Positions 52,190 to 64,000 of a stretch of 64,000 bases of DNA are shown here, piece by piece. Numbering within the stretch: position 1 is the stretch's first letter; every line of letters begins with the position of its first letter. The stretch lies in contig NC_087436.1 of NCBI RefSeq assembly GCF_036321535.1, positions 77,254,001 through 77,318,000 on the forward strand. Direction: 5' to 3'. The notes beneath the pieces were generated by a model, which saw nothing but the letters and a program-made list of their open reading frames with translations, was not told the origin of the DNA and did no database searches. This DNA is from Camelus dromedarius (taxonomy: Eukaryota). Made by a program: the position numbers and the translations under genes.

Positions 52190-53803
52190 CTATAGAGAAC
52201 TAAAGTATGAGTGTATTCTAGAAAAGAGAAAAAATATAAGTTTTTTTTAAACAAATGTGTTGTTTGACATGCCTATCAAAAAATAAAATAGTTTGAAACT
52301 CTACTCTGAAACTTCAGTCAAAAATAAAGATTATGTCCATCTGTGGATGCTATAAAGACTGGGTCTGTCATAAATTACTTTTGTTCATTTTTTTAGAGAT
52401 CAAGAATGTAAGACCCATTGTATTATGCTTAATGAAGATAAAATGTTAGTATGGAAGGGCTATAAAAAAGATATGGATAATATTCTCTAGATTGTATTCC
52501 AACAAAAAGAGGGAAAATGAGAAAAAAGTCATTGTCATCAAGGTATAATAGATATAATACGATGTACAGTAAAAAGGAGAAGTGATAGACATGCATTTTC
52601 ATTCCTGTGAAACCCCCTTACTTCGGAAAGACGTGGTTGTCAATGCCTGTGCATTTCCTTGACAGGTTACACAGTGCTGCACAATGGCAGCATTTGTCTT
52701 TGGTCTGTGGACCTAAGACATTCAGTATTGATGGGACCTTTTTCAGTACAGGTAATAATAAGGTGGTCAGTCATGCAACCGAAAGATTGAGTTTAAAGTT
52801 AAAATTAAAGAGGAATTCCCAGCACTATAGCATTTCATTTTATGTAAAGCTGTTCACCAGCCAGGCTCGTTTACTTGTCACAGGTTCCCAAATGAGAACA
52901 TAAGGTTGACATGAAAGATATAAACAAGTATGGCAGTCTCATTCCGTAGAAAAGGAGCTAACAGAAACACTAGAACAAGCCTATTAGATGACCTAGAAGC
53001 ATGGCAGACAGTGATTAGCAGACATCTATAATTTCTATCACGTCCTTTAAAAGACAACACGTCCAAGCAACAGTTCAACCGAAGGTCATGGTGCCTTATT
53101 TCCCTGTCTTCACTGGAGAAGCCACTGCTAAAGAGTCAGTACAGTGTTTCTTTTGTCACATATGATTGACTCTCTTAAAATATTTTATTTATAATATCAT
53201 GGTTAATTCCTAGCAAAAAAGGCAATTCTCTTTTTAAATTTCTACTTGCACCCAGCATTTAGATGGGAGGGAAACTGGTGACTTTGGTAGTGTTCGGAGT
53301 TCAGGGAGATTCATCTTGCCAAATCCTCTTGTGTTGACTCATGAGGAAACTTCCAGAGTTACACAACGAGTAAGAGCATGGCTGGTGAACTGGAAACAAA
53401 TGACTCCAACCCTTCTGTCCTAGACTCTTTGCACAGTTCCACTCCAATTCTCTGCTTGGAGAAATTTTATTCAGTTTACTTGTTGAGGTGTGGCAAGGAG
53501 TTAAGTTATGCCAAAGAGCTCCAATTTGAGGACATTTCCTTCACATGCAAATATTACTGTGCACTGTATTGATATGTGTGCTTGTGACACTGTAAGCTTT
53601 GAAGCCTATTTAGCCATCCTTCTTACGAATAGTCATAGGTGCTCAGATGAGAACACAGAGTTGATATGAAAGATACAAATAAGCCTTATTCTTATTTCTT
53701 GTTCCAAAGAAAAGGAGCTAGAGACTTACAGAATCAGAAACACTTGGAGAAACCTATCAGATGTCTAAAACACGGAGTCTAAGACTTGGTTTAGACTTTC
53801 CTG

Positions 53804-53824
53804 AGAATATAGACACACAGTTAC

Positions 53825-53863
<39 letters not shown>

Positions 53864-53881
53864 ATATAGACACACAGTTAC
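53804..53881 (+). mobile_element. Poly(A)-only insertion (C + A35) between perfect 21-bp direct repeats
   Basis: agaatatagacacacagttac occurs at 53804-53824 and 53861-53881. The insert is 53825-53860. Confidence 0.85.
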
Positions 53882-54087
53882 AGTTCACAGTTTCAGTGCC
53901 TAGATCAGGTCCCTGACTAGAGTTTCTGGACCACCAAAGCTGCCAACATTTCCCAGTGTTCTATTGTTTCTCCCTCAGTTCTTACTCAGTTTAGAGTCCA
54001 GTGACAATGCCAGGAGTGATCCCCTGTTGGGGCGTGCAGCTGTCCTTGTACCGGGTAGACGTATTAGAGCACTTATTTTGTGTGGGA

Positions 54088-54465
54088 CTGTCCCAAACTG
54101 CTCGGGTTGCCATAACAAAACATCACAGACTAGAGGCTTGCATCATGGAAATTTATTTTCTCACATTTTTTTCCTGGAGACTGGAAGTCTGAGGAAAGGG
54201 GGCTGGCATGGTCAGTTTCTGGTGAAGGCTCTCTTCCTGACTTGGGGGCCACTTTTTCAGTGTGTCTTCACGTGGCAGAATGAACAAGAGCAAGATCTTT
54301 GGTTTCTTTTCTCATAAGGACACTAATCCCATCATGGGCGCCCTCCCCCCTCTCCCATGACTTCATCTAAACTTGATAACCTCCCAAGGGTCCCAATCTC
54401 CAAATATTATCACACTGGGGATTAGGGCTTTGACACGTGCATTTTGTGGGGGGCACATTTCAGGA
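54088..54465 (-). mobile_element. MaLR solo LTR (MLT1A-like)
   Basis: gctcgggttgccataacaaaacatcacagactag...tttctggtgaaggctctcttcctg...ataaggacactaatcccatcatg...atcacactggggattagggcttt. Confidence 0.85.
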
Positions 54466-54722
54466 GCTACACCAGGCATGGAGCATACAAGGAGAAGTAA
54501 GACACAGACATTCCCCTTAGCAGGGAAGACAGATTTTAGAAGAAAGGATCACAATGCAGTGTGAAGAGTGCCATCAGTGAGCAGAATACACTAGTGAGTG
54601 TGGTGGGTCACAGCATCTGTTCTTCATCTCATAGAAGAGATGAAGTTGAGTAGAACTCAGAAGGACGTGGAGGTGTTTCTGGTGTAGAAAAGACATAGGT
54701 AGGGAATTACAGTTATTCACAA

Positions 54723-55195
54723 CAGGACTAGCTACATAATCTGTGAGGGTACCAGTGCAAAATGAACATGGAGGGCCTCTTGTTCTAAAATTATCAAGAA
54801 TTTCAAGGCAGAGACAGTGAAGCATTAAACCAAGTATGGGCAAAAAGACAAATATTGTATGATTCTGTTTATATGAGGTACCTAGAATAGTCCAATTCAA
54901 AGAGACAAAAAGTAGACTAGTGGTCACAGGGATGGGGGGAGGGGAAGTTACTTCTTAAAGGGGTATGGAGTTTCAGTTTGGGATGATGAGAAAGTTCTGG
55001 TGATAGATGGTGGTGATAGTTGCACAATGGTAAGTGTACTTAATGCCACTGGACTGCACTTAAAAATGATGAAAATGGTCAATTTTAATTTATGTCTATT
55101 TTGCCACAATAAAAAATAATTAAACCAAGTGCAGGTCCCTTCTGAGTCCAGGATGCTGTGTGGGTGCTGGGAGGTATGCCCATGAGCCCAATCCA
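54723..55195 (-). mobile_element. hAT-Tip100 MER45A-like element split by an L1 insertion
   Basis: caggactagctacataat...cagtgcaaaatgaacatg...aagaatttcaaggcagagacag..gcattaaaccaagt [L1] gcaggtcccttctgag...gcccatga is colinear with antisense MER45A. Confidence 0.8.
54841..55118 (+). mobile_element. L1MB-like 3' end with TSD
   Basis: caaaaagacaaatattgtatgattc...gagtttcagtttgggatgatgagaaagttctgg...ttgccacaataaaaaat. TSD attaaaccaagt at 54824-54835 and 55119-55130. Confidence 0.9.
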
Positions 55196-56289
55196 GCTCT
55201 GCAGCAGCTGGGGAAATGCGAAGTCCTTAGACCTGGTAGAATACCAGAGGCGTATCTGTTGGGTGTACCAGGGCTGGCAGGAGATGAGAGCAGGAACAGT
55301 GGACTGGGGACGAAGTCATTTTGGCCCCTAGCATTGCCTGCCTGCACTACGAGTTTGACCCTTTTTTTCTCTTAATTAGCCACCTGTTTTGTTCAGGTTT
55401 ACATCCCTTGGGCAAAGTAACCCTGTCTCAAGTTCAGAGCATAATACTTACTAGCCTATGAAAACAGAGTAATACTCAGAGTATTTCCATTGCCAGTGTT
55501 TAGTTAAGCAGCAGCTCCAAACTTGTCTTCATATATTTTCCTCCATAGAGTGTTAGGATACACGTGTAATCATGTTTCAGGATTAGTCTTGGGAATTTTA
55601 TAATTCCCCCTAAGGTGAACTCCAGTAGTGACACTGGATATCACCTATAATACTCACTGTATTTGTTGAAATGTAGTCTGTTTTTCCTCTGTGTCTATTT
55701 TCTGGTTAATTATTATTTTCCTCCTCTGGGCACACTGCTTATATTCTGTGTCTCAGAGGGTTACTCAAGATTAATTAGTGGCCCCCTGTGTATAGAAAGT
55801 GACAACCTCTGCAGTTTATCATTAGAGAATCACATCAATTACTTTGCTCTGCAAAATCCAGATGAAAATATTTTATACTTTCATGCAAGTATTAATGTGA
55901 TATGTAAATAAATATGCTATGTCCATTAATTAAATTTACTGGGTAATTTTGTCACTATAGATAGAAAATTTTAATATCTGCTAAATATGATGTCAGATGA
56001 ATTGCATGAATTTGAAGAATTTTTATTATACAGAGTACTGTTTTGCAAGACTTGTTCTTTTTTGAACAAAGCATATTTTTGAAACTAAATCTTGATATCT
56101 ATGCAGACATAACATTATCATGTCTATAACTAAAAAGTAATTTCTGTAAAGTTAATATATTGATCACAGCGTATTTAGTTACATCAACAGTTTCTCTTTT
56201 AAATCCAATATCGCAATGGTAGTTATCAGGAGATTGCACACCATTTTGCCCTATTTATCACCTTAGTTTAATTACTTTTAAAATTAATT

Positions 56290-58020
56290 GTATACTCTGT
56301 ACAAGGTATTTTGCTAGGTGCTATACAGAATTTAATCATGAATAAGAAATGTACTACAGCTTGCATTTCTTATAAAAGTACCAATAACTGTAACAAGAAA
56401 GAGTACAGAGAACATCATATGACTATGACCTAACAGAGCATGCCATGATATGGTCACACAGTGGGGGACATGTATACACAGCTCATGTATCATTCAGCTG
56501 AACGGAAAAAAGTATCATATGAGATAAGCAAATGGGATGGGGAGAATCAGTTTAAGCTGAAACCAAGCAAAGTACAGTTAGGCAAGTACTTAATGAAGGG
56601 GTCATTCAGGGGAGAGAGGAACCTGTATAATTAATGACAGGTACCTACTTTGGGAAAAAGAGATGGTTCTGTTTCATGGATATTTAGGGATAACTAAATG
56701 AAGCTAATGGAGGGGCATGATTCTGCATTTAGTAGGGTCTTAAAGTCCAGTCTGAGGAGTTTGTATTTAATCTGTTGCTTTTAGGAAGTTAAAAATTTAT
56801 AAATTGCAAATTGTCATTCTCAATCTTCAGTTTATAAGAGATTAATCTCTTAACAGTATGAAGAATAATTTGAACTATGGAAGGATAGAAGCCAAGGAAT
56901 CCAGTTGGAAGGGATACAGTAAATATAAAACCTTATAGGACTTGGCAGCTGACTAAATTTGGATTTAAATACTGCTCTGAATAATCTAATTGTCCAGGGA
57001 GATGAATGATGGCATTATTAATTGACTAGGAAAGTCAGGAGAAAAGTTGGGTCATGAGAGAGTATAATTAATTCTGTTTAGGCATTTTACAAATTAATAG
57101 GAACTCTTGGAGTTTACTGTGCCAAAATTACCAGTATCTACCTTGATAATTCAGTGTAAAGTCAATAGTTTTGCAAGCATACTGTAAGTCTACTACGTGG
57201 TCCACATGCTGGACTGTACTTTTAGTGCTGGTATATTATGTAGCTAATAAAAAAGACGGAAACAAAAACCCGCCCTTCATGGAGGTTACATTTTAGTGGT
57301 TAAAAAAAAGAGCAAAGAACACTTGAATGAAATAGGAGGAAAATCCAAGGAGATGCTAAACTGGTGTAGAAATAAAGGAATTGTTTAAAGGAGAAAGTGA
57401 TCTACCGGGCCAGATGCTGCTGGCAGATTAAGAGGAAGACAAACAAATGACCCATTAGATTTGGCAAGATGGAAGTTGTCAGTGACTTTGGTAAGAAGTG
57501 CTTTGAAGAGTAGGGTGAGTATAGAAGCCTGAGTGTAGTGGGACCAAGAGAAAAAAAGACGAGGGAATGAGTTTAGAAGACTCTAGTATTTACACTAATT
57601 ATTAGAAGACTCTGCCGTAATGGAAAGTATAGAAATAGACCAGTGGCTAGAGAGAAAAAAGGGGTCACAGAGTCATTGGCTCGACTGTTTTAAAGCAGAT
57701 GAAATTATAGGACATTTGTTTATCAATGGAGAAATCCACTAGAGAAGGAAAAGTAAAGATAAAGTAAAGGGAAGGCCTCTAGAGTAATATCTTTGAGTAG
57801 GTGAGAGGCAGTGGTATCCAGCATACAAGTTGGAGAGTTGGGCTCTTGGATAGGAAGATGGATAATTCAACCTATAAGATAAGGGGGAGGCAGAGTCTTT
57901 TTGGGTCCAGATGCAAGAATTGATAGATTTGATTGGGGGAATATATGGAAGTTCTGTTCTTGCTGCTTCAGTTCCCCTTTGCTGCAGAAAAATAAAAATC
58001 AAGAAAATTAGCTGAGAATG
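56290..58020 (-). mobile_element. Degraded L2 fragments
   Basis: caaggtattttgctaggtgctat, tgacccattagatttggcaagatggaagttgtcagtgactttggtaagaagtg and ggtatccagcatacaagttggagagttgg. Confidence 0.65.
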
Positions 58021-58204
58021 AGTTTTTTTGTAATTCTCATCAATAATCAGAAAAATATTATTATAATAGATTTAAAAGAAAAAAAATAATTTCAAGTTAC
58101 AGTGTAATTGCTTTTTTGAAAGATACAGCATTAAGCAGTATAGGATACTTTATTATCTGTATGAAATATTGACTTTTGCATCATTCAGATTCTAATGTAA
58201 AGTT

Positions 58205-58615
58205 TTAGTTCCTCCAATGTTCATCAATAGGGATGTAGTTGAATGTGTTATGGTACAGCCACACTGGGAGATTCTATGTAGTTACTAGAAAGTAAATTTA
58301 ATTTAGCTCTACAGCTACTGGACTGGAGGGATTTCCAATATATCTTTGTCAGGTGAGAAGAGTCAGTTACAGAGTAATATAGTTATTGTGATCCTGGATT
58401 TTTATGAAAATAAAGCATGTGTCTTATGTGTATTTTTGTATGTCATGTTATTAATATGAAAACACAATGCAAAAGGATACATAATAAGCTATTAGCACTA
58501 ATTGCCTTTGTGGGGGTGAGAATGAAAGAGTTATGGAAGGATTAATAGCTTTATTTTTATAGCTCTTTTCTCTGTTTCATTGATGATAATAAGTATACCA
58601 TTTTTAATTAAAAAC
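58205..58615 (+). mobile_element. Old L1 (L1ME-like) 3' end
   Basis: ccaatgttcatcaatagggatgtagttgaatgtgttatggtacagccacac...gtcaggtgagaagagtcagttacagag. Confidence 0.65.
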
Positions 58616-59489
58616 TGAAGAGCAAACAGGTCTAGAGACTCTTTGAATCACTCAATATCGTCTTTCAGTAACATGTCCAGCACCAGAAACCAGACTTAAC
58701 AATTCCATTTTATGGTTCTTTTTATGAAAAAAAAAAAAAAAAAAAAAACTCCATTGATTTATTTTCGTATTTTGGGTTTTCATACTATTATCATATTTTT
58801 TTCTTCCTATATCCACATGGGGTTACAGATCAATTGGTAATTGGGTTGAAGGAGACAATAATAAGTATTTGTCTAAGTGTTCTATGAAGACTAATTCAGA
58901 TGAGCATAATGTTTAGAGAATTCCAACTTCTGCTCCTTGAATAGATTTTGCAATCTATTTGGAAGAATTAAATGCCAGAGGCAGCTGCTGCCCCTGTGAT
59001 AGGCCTGTGTGTGACTCTGGTCCCATTGCCTAACTTCATAGGGCAATATTTCTCATACTTCATTATGAAATGGAATAATTTTTAAGTGTCCAATTCATAA
59101 CAAAATGTGAGCAAAAACAACAAAAAAAAAAAGAAGAAAAAAGGATTTTAGATACAGAAGTATTTTTCACCTCCACTCTCACTGATCTTTATCAATGTTT
59201 GTCACTTTTAATCAAACTTTCCTTCTTGTAGGACTTTATTAACTTAGCTTCTTGACACACACTCTTTCACAGAAATCTTACCACAGTTATGCCTTCCAAC
59301 TCAGACTTCCTCCCCGAGTTCCACGGTATCTACTTTACAGATCCTCTTCATTAGCTGAACTCCCCACCTTTCCCTTCACTGTTCTCCAATGTATGCCATC
59401 TCAACAAATATTGAGGATCCTTATAAATACTACTTGTAAGTGGAACAGTGAAGCAGAAAAAGGGGAACCAGAGAAACAGCTATCATTTA

Positions 59490-59620
59490 TGGAAATGTAC
59501 TTCAACAGCTAGCAAACAAGTGAGACCCACAGTCCCACAGACTGTGAAGTAATTTATCCTGCCAGAAGTGATTAGAGTGAGCTTGGAAGTGGATTCTCCC
59601 CCAGTTGAGCCTTCAGAAAT
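59490..59620 (+). mobile_element. MLT1 LTR fragment
   Basis: cagctagcaaacaagtgagacccacagtcc...gagtgagcttggaagtggattctcccccagttgagccttcaga. Confidence 0.65.
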
Positions 59621-59665
59621 TGTGGTATCTTTTATCCACTTTGATTTTTCCTATTTCCTTGGACA

Positions 59666-60169
59666 GTATTAGTTTCCTATTGCTGCTGTAACAAATTGCT
59701 GTGGCTTAAAACTTAGTGACTTAAAACAACACAAATTCATTATTCTAGAAGTCTGGAGGTCAGAAGCCTGAAACGGGTCTCACTGGGGTAAAATGAAGGT
59801 GTTGGCATGACCGCATTCCTTCTGAAAATCCAAGGGGGGAATCTGTTCCCTTGCTGTCTCCAGCTCAGGGAGGCCACCTGCATTCCTTGGTTTGTGATCC
59901 CTCCAGCAATATAGGAGTGCATCTTTCTCATGCTGCCACCTCTTGTGTTCTCCCTCTTCTGCCTCTCTCTACCATTTATAAAGACCCTTATAACTAACAG
60001 TGGACCTACTCAGATAATCCAGAATAATCTTCCCATCTCAAAGTTACATAATTAGCAAACTTAATTCTATCTCTAACCTTAATTCCCCCTTGCCATTTAA
60101 CCAGAATATTCCCAGGTTCTGGAGATTAGGATGTGAGTATCTTTGGGGCCCACTATTCTACATAACACA
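59666..60169 (-). mobile_element. MaLR solo LTR (MLT1D-like)
   Basis: gtattagtttcctattgctgctgtaacaaatt...acttaaaacaacacaaatt...gggtctcactgggg...caggttctggagattaggatgtgagtatctttggggcccactattctacataacaca. Confidence 0.88.
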
Positions 60170-62418
60170 TGGATTCACCCTAGAAAATGTATGCAAATCA
60201 GACGCAGACACACAAGACACACAGAGACATACAGACACAGACACCTCCCCCCACCCCCAAAAGGAGCATGGAGTGAGATGTCATTTGGAAAGAGAGAATG
60301 TGAAAGCAAACATATGAGTAGCATGAGTGGCTATGAGGCTGGGGATATCTTTTCCGCTGAGGTGTTCTTAGGTGTTCCAACAAAATCGCCCTTGTACAGT
60401 AAGAGTTTAGTGTATGAGTTTGAAAACACAGTGGACTATGAGAGTAAAATGAATTGGCTATTGAAGATAATTGATTCTTGTTCCTTCCCCTGTGTCTAGG
60501 CTGTTTGTGACAGTGAATCTCCTGATGCCGCATTTGTGCAGTGTGTCTAGAGCTGTGCAGTTGGGAAGCATCCCACAGTAGAGTGGTGCTGGACACCAGC
60601 CAAGCCCCGCCTTTCATTAACTCCCTTGCTTGGGCAAATTACAGCCTGGGTCCCTATCTAGAAAATGAAAAATTCTCTTCTGCTTCCAACATCTCAATGA
60701 TTTTTATGGTCAGTGCTAGCCACAGTATCATAATGCCAGGGCAAACTCCTCTCTATATTGTAGAAGTAGTCTGACTTTTATTTTGCCTTGAAAGAATAGA
60801 TGAAATACCATTATTCAAGTAGATGACATGGACATTGAGAACAAGAGATTTTCCTCTATATAATGCAAATAACTGCCTATATTAAATCTCATTTAAATTA
60901 ATACTGTATTCGTAAATGATTAACACTAATTTTTTAAGTCACCCTGCAACAGTCAGTTGCAAGTCATCTAACTTACGAGATGTAAAATAACTTAGAAAAA
61001 AGGGAGCGCTAACAGCTCTCTGGGTAGTTGAAATGTCTTCCTGTCACTTGGATTATTTTTGAGATAGGGAAGAGATATTGGGCTTCTGTTGTGTGAAGTT
61101 CTTTCTATTACTTGGCATATTTTCCTTCACAAACAATAGCAAGTAAAAATGAGGGAAATACTTGGGAAACATTATCTGCGAAGATAATTTTTGCTTAGAA
61201 CCTGTGTTTTTACTGTGAATTGCTTTCAGTCAGAAATATTTGAAATTTAGCATGATCTCCAAACATGTGGTTCTTTCCACGCTTTAGCTTTTAGGAATTA
61301 TTTTTCAACACACAGTCATCGAGAAGGCAGCATCCTTTCTCAAACGTGGTGGTATCTTTGAACCACAAGTTAATGAAAATGGACGATTCAACTGCCAGAC
61401 CACAACAGTGCCTCCCGGGTCTGTAATCTTGCTTTGAGCTGGCACAAACGCATATGTTCTACGTCTGCGGTAGAGAGTTTAGCCCTGACATTCCTTCATC
61501 CCGTGCAATATTTGTTAAATAAAAGAAAAAGACAGGAACAGACATGCTTCACCCAGATGTGATATTTAGTCAGCCTGGAAATTCTTCCACCATATCCTTA
61601 TTACTGTCACCAAACAGCCCCATGCCTGTGCTGGCCTCCTGCATCCAATTTAAATTGATGACTGCTGATGACTTATTATCCTAATTTCTCATCAGCTCAT
61701 TGCAATAGATCTACTGTCCAGATTAAGAGTGCTGCAATTTATGCCCGAAGAAGCTATATTCTCAGTTGCGTGTTTACAAATTCTACATTTAATTCATTAT
61801 CGCCTGTGTAAGCCACTTTAATTTTCGAGGGTTTTGAAGGTTAGAAAAAAGCAAGCCAAATCATCTTGAAAGTTTTATCGGAAAACAAGGCCACGTGTCA
61901 CACTTTTATCATATTCATTTCTGGAGAATAGTGCATATTGACTAGTGATGTTCACTGTCTTCTCCCAATCCAAGCCTCCAGATAACATGGGAACCCTTGG
62001 TATTGTTTTGTTCTTCTTTCCACCTTCCCTTTTATCCCTCTCCCCTGCCCCTCTCTCTTCCCTCTCCCTCTTTTTTTCCTTTTCCAGCCTATAAGCCATA
62101 TTTAGTTGTGCTAATAAAGTAATATAAAATCAGAGTGGATAATAAATGTTTCAGTTTTGCAGTATAGTCTCTGATCTGACACTATGATTTTAAAACATAG
62201 AATGAGAGAAAAACAAAAGACTCAACACTGGATTTCAATTGGCTTTTCAATTCTTTGAATTTATAAATATTTTCGAAGCACTGAAAAATAAAGTGTAAGA
62301 GTACAGTTTGTTGTTCAAGTATATGAACAATTCTCCTTAAAATAACGTGTCAAGTAATAAATACTATAGAGAGAGCGTCTGTGCCAGACACTACCCTCGA
62401 TGCCCCAGACCAGAGACC

Positions 62419-62947
62419 AGTGGTCTTCAAACCATGTGCTGCTGATGCTAGGGTTTTGCAGAGGCTCTGCAAACATTCCTTAAAATATAACTTAAAACAC
62501 TCTCATGTGTGTTGTTAAGTTTTTTGAGTCCACCAATTTATTAATTTATGAAGACAGGTGTACTTGTTTTGGGGGTAGACCATGAAATAAACTCTCAACC
62601 ACAGTGCACTTGGCTCATCTTATAACTTTTTTTAATCAAATGAATGACTGTATCTTTGCATTGGTCATGTTAAAAAGAAAAACTCACTTCTGTTCATGTC
62701 CCTTAGATAAATGGTGGAAGTGACAAATAATTTTACTGCATTCAGAACTATGGAATCCAAAGTTGACTATGCATATTTCATGAAACATAATATGTGCAGA
62801 ATTACATGCATATAATTTATAAATATACATATAAATATGCATATATATGGATAAGTATATTGATAAGCATATTTTATAAATAAATATAGATAATCCTCCA
62901 ATAATTTTACTGGTAGAAATGTGTGAACAAAAAGTTTGGAGACTGCA
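62419..62947. mobile_element. Probable hAT-Charlie non-autonomous element
   Basis: Charlie-type termini cagtggtcttcaaac ... aaaagtttggagactgc with an AT-rich interior. Confidence 0.5.
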
Positions 62948-63274
62948 ACTCAAGAATATAAGTTCTATAAAGAAGAGGATCTTTTTAGCATTATAATTCT
63001 TGAGCCTGGCACAGTTTATCGCATGTTTTGGGAGTTAGTAAACATGAATTAAATTAATCAATGATTACTTCAACTCACCTGCACAGAGTGTAATTAAACA
63101 TCAGTCAGGTCTCAGACACATTGCTGCTCTTATCTTTGTAGTCAGCTAAATGATATCAAATAATATTTTAATGGCAAGTACTAAAATGCTATTATGGATA
63201 GATTTCACATGTATTTTATGTTTTCTCTGTATTTTATGTATTTAGAAGGGAGTCCAAATACTAAGTAGTTAGTA

Positions 63275-64000
63275 CCATAGAAAGCCTCTAAATCTACATT
63301 TCCTGACTCACTGGAATATGAAATGATCCATTTCCTCTGAAAGCCCGTGGTGGGATGGATATTCAAAGTTAGCGAGATGCTTGGTTGCGTGCTCTGTGCA
63401 CTCCTGCCCCCTCTACTGTGCTGTGTGATAATTAAGAGCCATTTATTTTGGTTTCCAAACCTGCTTATGCTAGTTTTTCTCTTTTTTACTATTACATTAA
63501 ATTTAATATTGAATCATTCACGTAATTGAATTGAATGTTAGGTAAGGAAATGAAATATGGGGGCAAAAAGAAATGCTGTTTCTAAGAAAGGTAAGTTAAA
63601 TGCTTTGGAAAATTTTGGTTAAAATCACAGTTAAATTAGGAGTAGAAAAAACAATTATAAATTACTGGGAACTTTCATGTGAAAGTTGCTACTAAAGTAT
63701 CTTTAAGTTCCTGCTATGTTTTAAAGAAAAACACTAGACTTTATAGATGATGCATTGGAGAAAGAAGGATTATAAGCAGCTCTGAAGAGCAGCTACTTGC
63801 TTGGAAAAGGCTTTATCCATAATTTAAAAATGGCAACTATGTGGCCTTTTGTATCTTTTACATAAAAAATTGTTTGTATCCTTTCATAATCCTCTCCCTG
63901 TGGTTTTGTTTTTTGGGTTTTTGTTTGTTTGTTTGTTTAGTTTTGTTTTGTCACACAGACTCCTTACCAGTCTAATTGTGTCAGTGACAAGGACTTCTAC
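63275..64000 (+). mobile_element. Tigger13-like DNA transposon with a decayed N-terminal HTH transposase remnant
   Basis: Termini catagaaagcctct ... aaggacttctac. Positions ~63557-63670 read MGAKRNAVSKKGKLNALENF../..VKLGVEKTIINYW, resembling a Tigger/pogo HTH-psq domain. Confidence 0.65.

Larger units (their letters stand above)
2845..64000 (+). other. CFAP299: Proximal part of the very long CFAP299 intron 3
   Basis: The next expected peptide (SVIFIRDRNS...) was not seen in the window. The sequence is repeat-rich and non-coding. The orthologous human intron is hundreds of kb long (recalled). Confidence 0.85.

Noticed and set aside
58727..58748. A22 tract as a second poly(A)-only insertion
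   Set aside because: No convincing flanking duplication. There is only a weak aattccatt/aactccatt match that does not abut the tract, so I treat it as a simple homopolymer.
62768..62845. 11-bp inverted repeat tatgcatattt / aaatatgcata
   Set aside because: It lies in low-complexity TA-rich sequence inside a probable DNA transposon, where self-complementarity is trivial.
158..63529. The many 60-143 aa ORFs in the ORF track
   Set aside because: They show no recognisable domains, have low-complexity or repeat-derived composition, often start at non-ATG codons, and are of the length expected by chance. Several lie in L1, L2, MLT1 or microsatellites.

Overview
This is AT-rich mammalian genomic DNA. 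It is probably camelid, inferred from the type of young L1 3' UTR and the absence of Alu, B1/B2, BovB/Bov-A, PRE1 and Can-SINE. The only host coding sequence I can support is one 91-nt exon at 2754-2844 (+), (K)TLTSAGKDLQDNFLKALAVREEDNRSGKVS, recognised as exon 3 of CFAP299/C4orf22. The rest is intron: the end of intron 2 and about 61 kb of the very long intron 3. The longer ORFs in the track are LINE-1 ORF2 remnants and the short ones look like noise. The intron is a mosaic of L1, L2, MIR, MaLR/ERVL/ERV LTRs and hAT/Tigger DNA transposons, plus a retroposed U13 (SNORD13) copy. Signals worth a second look fall into three groups. Retrotransposition: a poly(A)-only insertion with a perfect 21-bp target-site duplication (TSD), a probable L1 3' transduction, and a young L1 with no clear TSD. 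Splicing: a tandem in-frame 5' splice site on the exon, plus candidate microexon, alternative last exon and recursive-splice motifs. Regulation: a strong CTCF motif and two CpG-retaining enhancer-like blocks, one with a RUNX/SMAD/TCF motif cluster. I found no evidence for a new multi-gene system. Repeat subfamily names and gene identity come from recalled consensus sequences, not from a database search, and old-repeat boundaries are approximate.
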